From a virus (Duplodnaviria > Caudoviricetes), in IMG/VR virus record IMGVR_UViG_3300037461_001731, positions 4,355 through 68,354 of that record: 64,000 nucleotides of DNA. The stretch is one strand, 5' to 3'. Both the position numbers and the translations under genes were made by a program. The notes beneath the pieces were generated by a model. It saw only the letters and a list, made by a program, of their open reading frames with translations, made no database searches and had not been told where the DNA came from. This document shows, piece after piece, positions 57,382-64,000 of the stretch. How positions within the stretch are numbered: the first letter of the stretch is position 1; every line of letters starts with the position of its first letter.

Positions 57382-57413
57382 AGCTACTTAAAAAAAATTA
57401 AGTAGTTTTTTTT
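57382..57413 (+). terminator. intrinsic terminator
   Basis: GCTACTTAA / TTAAGTAGT stem followed by a T-tract. Confidence 0.65.
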
Positions 57414-57420
57414 ATTTAAA

Positions 57421-57792
57421 ATGGTAGAAAAGTATTATAGATTATTAATTGAACCTGTTTGTGATAACATTAGCTATAACATTAGTGCGGAGACATTAAA
57501 ACAATTTTTGCAAAATAAGTACAAAAAAACTTTATATTTAAATTTTGAAAAGCCTATGTATTTTGAAGACTATGAAGAAACACTAAAAGACTTTTCTAAA
57601 GAATATATTAATTCATTGATAATTCTTGACATTTGTGAAAATTTATATTTTTATCGCGTTTTTGTCTTAAACGGTGAATTGTACAAATATCGAAGTAGTC
57701 CAATTTTTCCTTCTTATAAAGACATTCTTCTTGGCAAAGGGGCATACCAAGTAAACTGGAAACCGGAAAAGGTTTTTAAAAAAATTGATTGA
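57421..57792 (+). CDS. hypothetical protein
   Basis: 123-aa ORF. Confidence 0.5.
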   Translation: MVEKYYRLLIEPVCDNISYNISAETLKQFLQNKYKKTLYLNFEKPMYFEDYEETLKDFSKEYINSLIILDICENLYFYRVFVLNGELYKYRSSPIFPSYKDILLGKGAYQVNWKPEKVFKKID

Positions 57793-57853
57793 CATATCTT
57801 TTTTAGTGTGTTATGTTTTTAATAAGAGTTGTGCTACTAAGAAAGGAAATTAT

Positions 57854-58198
57854 ATGGAAAAAATTATAAAAACATACAAAAATTTTAATCTAGTATTGGA
57901 AGAAAAGTACAAAAAAGGTCATAGGAATCCTTGTCACATTTTTATGGATGATAAAAAGTTGTGCACCTTTAATTTTTGGCAGAAAAGATATTCAAATACT
58001 GTAATTGCTGAACAAGCCTTTACTGCTTTGACTAAGATTTTTCCAAAATACGTGGCAGACTTGGCCAATGAAGCTTTGATAAGTTCTTTTTCCAATTCTT
58101 TTGCTAAAAAGGTTAAAAGTCTTGCTATCAAAGAGCGTAAGCTGCTAAAAAGAAAGCCAAGTCTTTTTGGAAAAAAACTTGTAGAACTGGGAGTTTAG
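57854..58198 (+). CDS. hypothetical protein
   Basis: MEKIIK start after AAAGGA. Confidence 0.5.
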   Translation: MEKIIKTYKNFNLVLEEKYKKGHRNPCHIFMDDKKLCTFNFWQKRYSNTVIAEQAFTALTKIFPKYVADLANEALISSFSNSFAKKVKSLAIKERKLLKRKPSLFGKKLVELGV

Positions 58199-58200
58199 CT

Positions 58201-58626
58201 ATGAGGCTTCGTTTTGTAGCAGATCTGAAAAATCTTTCAAAAAAGAAAAAAATTAAAAATTACACATATAACTTGGCACAGTGTGATGAATTATTTTTAT
58301 TTTTTAATGATAGTTTGTCTGTTCCCAGACTTTACTTTTTTCATGAAGAAGATTTGATTGTGTCAAATAGTGCTTTTGAATCCTTATCATTACGACATAA
58401 GAGGGCTTGCATCCTACATGAATTAGGGCATAGAGAGCTTAAACATAAAGATGATATTAGCAATAAAGTGAAAAATGAATTTGAAGCTGATGATTTTTCA
58501 CAAAAAGCTGGATATGGAAAAGAGTTGTACGATATTCTTTCCTTATCCGCAAAAAAATTAGCAAAAGAAAAAAATGATGTTAGTTTCCTTGTAGAACGGG
58601 CAAAAAGGTTGTTAAAGAGTAATTAA
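58201..58626 (+). CDS. M48-like zinc metallopeptidase domain protein
   Basis: LHELGH...NEFEADDFS..AGYG. Confidence 0.7.
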   Translation: MRLRFVADLKNLSKKKKIKNYTYNLAQCDELFLFFNDSLSVPRLYFFHEEDLIVSNSAFESLSLRHKRACILHELGHRELKHKDDISNKVKNEFEADDFSQKAGYGKELYDILSLSAKKLAKEKNDVSFLVERAKRLLKSN

Positions 58627-58672
58627 ATTATCTTGAATGCTAGAGTATTCAGGTTTTATTTTTGGAGGATAA

Positions 58673-58912
58673 ATGATTGAAATTACTGTAAGTAGCGCAT
58701 TTATGGCGCAAGATCTTTATGAAATTTTTGAAAAAGATGGCGTTCTTTGTTATAAATGTGTGAACGTTAAGCTTATTCAGAACTTGAGTGAAACTTTTAC
58801 AGCAGGAATGATAATCCCTTATTGTGAAATAGTTCAAGACGTTGTTACATTTAAAGATGAAAATGGTGATACCTTGGGGGTTTTTAAACTACTAGAGGAA
58901 GTGCAAGAATAA
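58673..58912 (+). CDS. hypothetical protein
   Basis: GGAGG RBS, 79 aa. Confidence 0.55.
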   Translation: MIEITVSSAFMAQDLYEIFEKDGVLCYKCVNVKLIQNLSETFTAGMIIPYCEIVQDVVTFKDENGDTLGVFKLLEEVQE

Positions 58913-59156
58913 TCTTATTTAAATTTTTTACAATAAATATTTGATCGAGCAGCTTTGGTTTACACTACAAAAGGACTGTAGTTATAATTTGTGGTGTAAA
59001 TTAGTTGCTTTAATTAAGGTTAATTGTTATAAATTGTGATAAAATTACTTTTTAGCGAAATACTTTTATATTTTGGACATACCAAGTCAAGCAATTCTTA
59101 TTAAAATCAAATACTTATCAGTAACTTAGAAAAATCAAAAAATTTTTGAAAAAATC

Positions 59157-59185
59157 TTGACAACCCGCCAAGCCTGGTTTATATT
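59157..59185 (+). promoter_or_regulatory. sigma70 promoter (twin of 61442)
   Basis: TTGACA-17 bp-TATATT; flanks identical to the 61442 promoter. Confidence 0.75.
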
Positions 59186-59226
59186 ATAAATAGAAGACGG
59201 GATATAACTAAAAAGGAGAAAGAAAA

Positions 59227-59520
59227 ATGGTTGTAATTTCAAGAAATAAAGCGGAAAAACTAAGAGCCTTGTATAAGCCCCAATTTATAGGAAAATCAAG
59301 CTTTTTCGAAACTGCTATTTTTCTTTATTTAAGGCATAATTTACAATCTAGCCAAAAAGCCATTGTCAATTCTTTTTTAAGTGTACTTTGTAGCGAGTGT
59401 ATCGATCAAATCGCAGACGTTTTGTCTTCTGAAAAATTATTGACTTTATTTGTTGTTACAGAAAATTTAAATGAATGTTATTATGTATTTAACGGTGAAA
59501 TAGACCACATAAATGATTAA
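59227..59520 (+). CDS. hypothetical protein
   Basis: AAGGAG RBS, 97 aa. Confidence 0.55.
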   Translation: MVVISRNKAEKLRALYKPQFIGKSSFFETAIFLYLRHNLQSSQKAIVNSFLSVLCSECIDQIADVLSSEKLLTLFVVTENLNECYYVFNGEIDHIND

Positions 59521-59525
59521 ATATC

Positions 59526-59900
59526 ATGAAATGTAATAACTGTAGAAACTTTAATATTTTCAGTACTGTATGTAATATATTCAGTCATCCAGTTGATCCT
59601 AATTATTATTGTAATAGTTTTAGTAATACAAATAATAGCGCTGTAAGTAATACAAATACGAACGAAGCTGTTAAACATACTAATTTGTATTATCTTGAAC
59701 AAGGTATAGAATTTCAAATAATAAGTATTTATAATGAAGTTATGGATCAAAAAGTAGAAGCAGCAACCTCAGAACAAGCAGCTATTTTTAAAGCGCAAAT
59801 TTTTGTAGAGAAATTATTGGAAGCGGGTATGTCTCTTTCGGAAGCTAAAGCAATATGTGGTTTAACAAAAGACAAAGGTTTTAATTCACTTTTTAGTTAA
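59526..59900 (+). CDS. chimeric protein: type C Cys4 cap fused to a copy of the C-terminal domain of the 1026-aa virion-like protein
   Basis: N-half matches 42512/63074; C-half matches 28861-29055. Confidence 0.85.
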   Translation: MKCNNCRNFNIFSTVCNIFSHPVDPNYYCNSFSNTNNSAVSNTNTNEAVKHTNLYYLEQGIEFQIISIYNEVMDQKVEAATSEQAAIFKAQIFVEKLLEAGMSLSEAKAICGLTKDKGFNSLFS

Positions 59901-59925
59901 AACAAGGGCTTATTATGTCGGAAAA

Positions 59926-59988
59926 ATGGAATTAAAACTGTCATACAATTTCATTAATGAATTCAAACAGAAAGGGTATATAAAATGA
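59926..59988 (+). CDS. 20-aa zero-repeat mini-ORF consisting only of the C-cap (MELKLSYNFINEFKQKGYIK)
   Basis: Translated by hand; ends in the ATGA junction of 59985. Confidence 0.5.
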   Translation: MELKLSYNFINEFKQKGYIK

Positions 59989-60704
59989 ATAAAAAAGATA
60001 TGCTAACAGACGTCATTAAGCAGTATAAACAGAAATATCTTAATTATAAAAAAGATTTATTAAATGATTTTTGGGATTATATAAGTTATAAGGTTAAATT
60101 ACCAGAAGCTTTTATCAGAGCATTTAAAGATAATGTTAATTGGTATTGTATATCAGAGCACCAAAAATTATCTGAAGATTTCATACGAGAATTTAAGGAT
60201 AATGTTGATTGGGATTGGATTTCATTTTATCAAGCACTGTCAGAAGATTTTATACGAGAATTTAAGGATAATGTTAATTGGTATTGTATTTCATGGCATC
60301 AAAAACTATCAGAAGATTTCATCAGAGAATTTAAGGATGAAGTTAGCTGGGATTATATTTCACAACATCAAAAATTATCAGAAGATTTTATACGAGAATT
60401 TAAAGATAGGGTTGATTGGTATCGGATTTCATGTCATCAAAAACTATCAGAAGACTTTATCAGAGAGTTTAAGAGTAGAGTTTGCTGGATTGGTATTTCA
60501 CATTATCAAATATTATCAGAGGATTTTATAAGGGAATTTAAGGATAAAGTTTATTGGAATTATATTTCAGCATGGCAAACATTATCAGAAGATTTCATAC
60601 GAGAATTTGAAGATAAGGTCGACTGGTGGAATTATATAGTTAAGTATCAAAAATTATCAACCAGCTTCATTAATGAACTCAAGCAGAAAGGGTATATAAA
60701 ATGA
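59985..60704 (+). CDS. Trp-repeat protein, type A cap, 8 modules (array 3)
   Basis: MNKKDMLTDVIKQYKQ cap + repeats. Confidence 0.9.
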   Translation: MNKKDMLTDVIKQYKQKYLNYKKDLLNDFWDYISYKVKLPEAFIRAFKDNVNWYCISEHQKLSEDFIREFKDNVDWDWISFYQALSEDFIREFKDNVNWYCISWHQKLSEDFIREFKDEVSWDYISQHQKLSEDFIREFKDRVDWYRISCHQKLSEDFIREFKSRVCWIGISHYQILSEDFIREFKDKVYWNYISAWQTLSEDFIREFEDKVDWWNYIVKYQKLSTSFINELKQKGYIK

Positions 60705-61417
60705 ATAAAAGAGATATGTTAAAAGATGTCATTAAACAATATAAGCAGATATATCCTAATGATAAAAAATACTTATTAAAAGATTTTTATGAAATAATAG
60801 GTATAAATTGTGAACTGTCTGAAGATTTTATAAGAGAATTCCAAAATAAGGTTAATTGGAATAATATTTCACTGTACCAAACATTATCAGAAGATTTCAT
60901 TAGAGAATTTAAAGATGAAGTATGCTGGTATTATATTTCAACACATCAAACACTATCAGGAGACTTCATTAGAGAATTTAAGAATAAGGTTGATTGGTCT
61001 TGTATTTCAGGGTGTCAAAAACTATCAGAAGATTTCATCAGAGAATTTAAGAATAAAGTTGACTGGTATTATATTTCAATACATCAGACGTTATCAGAAA
61101 ACTTCATAAGAGAATTTCAAGATAAAGTTGATTGGGAATATATTTCATGTCATCAAAAACTATCAGAAGACTTTATAAGAGAATTTCAAGATAAAGTTGA
61201 TTGGTATAACATTTCATGGCATCAAACATTATCAGAAGATTTTATCAGAGAATTCCAAGATAAAGTTAACTGGGGTTGTATTTCAGCATATCAAAAATTA
61301 TCTGAAGATTTTATTATAGAATTTAAGAATAAAGTTGGCTGGAAATATATTTCAGAATATCAAAGCCTATCAACCAATTTCATTAATGAATTCAAGCAGA
61401 AAGGGTACATTAAATGA
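60701..61417 (+). CDS. Trp-repeat protein, type A cap, 8 modules (array 3)
   Basis: MNKRDMLKDVIKQYKQ cap + repeats. Confidence 0.9.
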   Translation: MNKRDMLKDVIKQYKQIYPNDKKYLLKDFYEIIGINCELSEDFIREFQNKVNWNNISLYQTLSEDFIREFKDEVCWYYISTHQTLSGDFIREFKNKVDWSCISGCQKLSEDFIREFKNKVDWYYISIHQTLSENFIREFQDKVDWEYISCHQKLSEDFIREFQDKVDWYNISWHQTLSEDFIREFQDKVNWGCISAYQKLSEDFIIEFKNKVGWKYISEYQSLSTNFINEFKQKGYIK

Positions 61418-61441
61418 ATTTTAAAAATATTTGAAAAAATC

Positions 61442-61470
61442 TTGACAATCCACCAAATCCATCTTATATT
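61442..61470 (+). promoter_or_regulatory. sigma70 promoter (twin of 59157)
   Basis: TTGACA-17 bp-TATATT. Confidence 0.75.
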
Positions 61471-61511
61471 ATAAATAGAAGATGCGACAAACAAAAAAGG
61501 AGATAAGAAAA

Positions 61512-61748
61512 ATGTATTGTAGAATATGTGGCTCAGAACGAAATGCTCGATATAGGGCATCTAAATTACAATTTCTTTGTAAAGAATGTAATAAGGATAC
61601 TCCTAAAAAAATATCTTATGACGATTTTACAGAAAAATTTTGGAGAAACGATGATAATGTGCCTTTTTCGATGAAAAGAGAATTTTATCAGGATTATCTT
61701 TCTTCATGCTGTACTTATGACGAGTATGTTATAGCTGTTACAGGTTAG
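61512..61748 (+). CDS. small zinc-finger protein
   Basis: CRIC...CKEC; ATG after AAGGAG. Confidence 0.6.
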   Translation: MYCRICGSERNARYRASKLQFLCKECNKDTPKKISYDDFTEKFWRNDDNVPFSMKREFYQDYLSSCCTYDEYVIAVTG

Positions 61749-61770
61749 CTATTTTAGAAAGGAAAAAACT

Positions 61771-62079
61771 ATGATTAAAGAATACACTTTTGACCATATT
61801 GTAACCGCTTGGGATTTTATCAATAATACCGATTATGTTTGGGTAGAAAGACTTAAACTTAACGCTGACAATATATATAAGGCGATTCAGGATTTTGTTA
61901 TATTTAATTTAAAATCTGATTTGCGACAAGGGGTTGAATGTTATGTTGATTATGTCTTTCGTGACAATTGGACGCTAGATGAATACAAGCTAAAGTTTGG
62001 TAAAGAAGCTTTAAACCGCCTTAGAAAAACAATTGATCTACGTGAGAATAACGAAATAATTTTTTCAGAAGATATTTAA
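61771..62079 (+). CDS. hypothetical protein, paralog of 53619-53921
   Basis: See paralog. Confidence 0.7.
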   Translation: MIKEYTFDHIVTAWDFINNTDYVWVERLKLNADNIYKAIQDFVIFNLKSDLRQGVECYVDYVFRDNWTLDEYKLKFGKEALNRLRKTIDLRENNEIIFSEDI

Positions 62080-62089
62080 AAGAGGCTCA

Positions 62090-62413
62090 ATGGAAAAAGA
62101 ATACTGGATAGTTTATTTGCACGATTCTTTGTGTGGAACAAGTACAAGATTGGTAATGCTTGACCATGCGCCAAATAAGGCGGAAATCCTTAGATTGTTT
62201 AAGTATTATATAAATTTTTTTCTAAAAAAATGTGAAGGATTTAAACAGTCAATGTCTATTTCTTTTTTAAAAGATTTGGATGATGATGCTGTGTCTGCTA
62301 CTGAAATTTTGTACAAATACACTGTAAAAAGGCTTAGCTACACAGTGGAAAAACAAACGGATGAGGCAGAGATAAGCAATAAATTTAGTCTTCCAAAAGA
62401 ATATCTGGTTTAA
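62090..62413 (+). CDS. hypothetical protein
   Basis: GAGG RBS, 107 aa. Confidence 0.55.
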   Translation: MEKEYWIVYLHDSLCGTSTRLVMLDHAPNKAEILRLFKYYINFFLKKCEGFKQSMSISFLKDLDDDAVSATEILYKYTVKRLSYTVEKQTDEAEISNKFSLPKEYLV

Positions 62414-62420
62414 AAAGATA

Positions 62421-62449
62421 TTGACATTTTATTATTTAATAGTTATATT
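62421..62449 (+). promoter_or_regulatory. sigma70 promoter
   Basis: TTGACA-17 bp-TATATT. Confidence 0.7.
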
Positions 62450-62511
62450 TTAATTAGAAGTTGGTAAAAATGTACTAAAAAGGTACGGTTTATCAAAAGG
62501 AGAATTTAGAA

Positions 62512-63051
62512 ATGGAAGTGTTAACTAAAGGTGTGAATCACAATTTTTTTTGCGCACTAGTTGTAGAATTTAAAAATGAAGAGTATACTATAAATTTAAC
62601 AAATATTGAAAAGAGTCAGATTTTAAATGCATTAAGTAGTTTTGATTTAAATAAAATATATGTACAAGATTTTTTAGGATTAGAATCTATTGTAAATTCT
62701 ATTTTAGAATATTTCAAAAATAAGTCTTTTGAAGAATGTTTAGACTATGCGCTTGATGTTGTTAACTTATTTCAAGAGTATGGAGATCTTTTTATAGCCG
62801 TCTATGATGAAGAAAATTGTTTAAATGCAGTGAAAAAAATTTTTAGAGAGTACCAGTATAGCGGTTATTGTGAAAACTTGGGAACTTTTGCAAAAATAAA
62901 ATTGTTATCAAGGTACACTTTGCCGGAAATCGCAATAAAACATATAAATTGGGAAAAATTGGCGATAGATTTTCTAAAAACGGAAGATGGTTCTTATCTT
63001 TTTTATCGTGATTACGAAGGAGACGGATATTACATAATGATCAAAAATTGA
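62512..63051 (+). CDS. ArdA-like antirestriction protein
   Basis: C-terminal YSGYCENLGTFAK...LPEIAIKHINWEKLAIDF parallels ArdA (YQG.Y....FA....IP......DYE..ARDL). Confidence 0.5.
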   Translation: MEVLTKGVNHNFFCALVVEFKNEEYTINLTNIEKSQILNALSSFDLNKIYVQDFLGLESIVNSILEYFKNKSFEECLDYALDVVNLFQEYGDLFIAVYDEENCLNAVKKIFREYQYSGYCENLGTFAKIKLLSRYTLPEIAIKHINWEKLAIDFLKTEDGSYLFYRDYEGDGYYIMIKN

Positions 63052-63073
63052 TCTGTAAATAAGGTTATATAAA

Positions 63074-63877
63074 ATGAAATGTGTAAATTGTAAAAATTTT
63101 AATATCTTTAGCACTTTTTGTAATACGTTAAGTCATCCGGTTGACCCTAATTATCATTGTAATAGTTTTAGTAATATAAGTAATACTGTTATAAGTAACA
63201 TAAATTTAGATGAAGAGATCAAAAGAGTATTGAGTTATTCTGCTATAGACTATGATAGTAATCTATCTGGTAACGATTTAGTGCAATTCTGTAGGATAAT
63301 TCTTAATAATGATCAATGTGGTAGAATAGGATGGACCCAAAAATTATCTGAAGATTTCATACGAGAATTTAAGGATAATGTTGATTGGCATTGTATTTCA
63401 ATACATCAAATATTGTCAGAAGATTTTATACGAGAATTTAAGGATAGGGTTGATTGGGGGTCTATTTCAGAATTTCAAACATTATCAGAAGATTTCATAC
63501 GAGAATTTAAGGATAGGGTTGATTGGAGAAATATATCAATAGATCAAACACTATTAGAAGATTTCATACGAGAATTTAAGGATAGGGTTGATTGGGATTA
63601 TATTTCAGAGCATCAAGTACTGGTAGAAGATTTCATCAGAGAGCTTAAAGACAAGGTTGATTGGGGTATGATTTCATATTATCAAACACTATTAGAAGAT
63701 TTCATACGAGAATTTAAGGATAGGGTTGATTGGGATTATATTTCAGAGCAGCAAACATTATCAGAAGATTTCATACGAGAATTTAAGGATAGGGTTGATT
63801 GGGATACGATTCCATATTACCAAACATTATCAACCAATTTCATTAATGAATTCAAGCAGAAAGGTTATATAAAATGA
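63074..63877 (+). CDS. Trp-repeat protein, type C (Cys4) cap, 7 modules (array 4)
   Basis: N-cap nearly identical to 42512. Confidence 0.9.
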   Translation: MKCVNCKNFNIFSTFCNTLSHPVDPNYHCNSFSNISNTVISNINLDEEIKRVLSYSAIDYDSNLSGNDLVQFCRIILNNDQCGRIGWTQKLSEDFIREFKDNVDWHCISIHQILSEDFIREFKDRVDWGSISEFQTLSEDFIREFKDRVDWRNISIDQTLLEDFIREFKDRVDWDYISEHQVLVEDFIRELKDKVDWGMISYYQTLLEDFIREFKDRVDWDYISEQQTLSEDFIREFKDRVDWDTIPYYQTLSTNFINEFKQKGYIK

Positions 63878-64000
63878 ATAAAAAAGATATGTTAAAAGAT
63901 GCTATTAAGCAGTATAAACAGGAATATCCTAATTATAAAAAAAGTTTATCAGAAGATTTTTGGTCAGAAATAAGCCGTTATGCTAAATTATCAGAAGATT
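63874..64000 (+). CDS. Trp-repeat protein, type A cap, 3'-truncated by the window edge
   Basis: MNKKDMLKDAIKQYKQ...LSED after an ATGA junction. Confidence 0.85.
   Translation, partial: MNKKDMLKDAIKQYKQEYPNYKKSLSEDFWSEISRYAKLSED

Noticed and set aside
41938-61109. Alternative-frame ORFs over the repeat genes (e.g. 41938, 42957, 44200, 45017, 46146, 55371, 55670, 60133, 60915)
   Set aside because: Shadow frames kept open by the periodic repeat; no RBS, and they translate the same unit out of frame.
8382-61560. Short minus-strand ORFs overlapping long plus-strand genes (e.g. 8382, 11123, 13747, 19245, 25944, 28600, 38231, 40893, 57934)
   Set aside because: Antisense shadows of well-supported genes with no recognisable motifs.
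41913-63877. Diversity-generating retroelement as the source of repeat variability
   Set aside because: No reverse transcriptase and no non-coding template repeat in the window. The A-rich scaffold codons (GAA, AGA, AAA) are not randomised and much scaffold variation is synonymous C/T. Some variable codons are NNT-biased, so a genome-wide RT search is still worthwhile.
1-64000. Stop-codon reassignment as in some jumbo phages
   Set aside because: Conserved genes (polA, recA, nrdJ, sbcC) are full length in the standard code, and TAA, TAG and TGA all end genes at sensible positions.
1-64000. tRNA or rRNA genes
   Set aside because: No cloverleaf or rRNA-like stretch seen by eye; intergenic gaps are short and AT-rich. 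A covariance scan was not run.

Overview
AT-rich, gene-dense fragment of a large (jumbo-type) tailed phage genome read with the standard genetic code, almost all on the + strand, with host-type sigma70 promoters. No capsid or terminase gene is recognisable here, so the phage call is an inference from gene content. 1-23.5 kb: replication/recombination module (SNF2 helicase, DnaC-like loader, DnaB-like helicase, primase, beta-clamp, family A polymerase, DnaX-like clamp loader, probable SSB, RecA, SbcCD, RusA-like resolvase, divergent trigger factor). 23.6-32.5 kb: probable virion/head-internal proteins with shared repeated modules. 32.8-38 kb: intein-containing class II ribonucleotide reductase and tail-like proteins. 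38-64 kb: accessory region (Dam, thymidine kinase, phosphoesterase, ArdA-like, many small ORFs). The dominant feature of the accessory region is a family of at least 14 genes in four arrays built from a 23-aa (69-bp) Trp-containing repeat. The repeat has a constant scaffold and hypervariable surface positions, there are three interchangeable N-caps, modules are shared between genes, and a conserved junction sequence flanks every gene, including orphan copies in front of the first gene of each array. This looks like a recombination-diversified repertoire of repeat binding proteins and is the best candidate for an undescribed system. All function calls come from motif recognition by eye; no database search was run.
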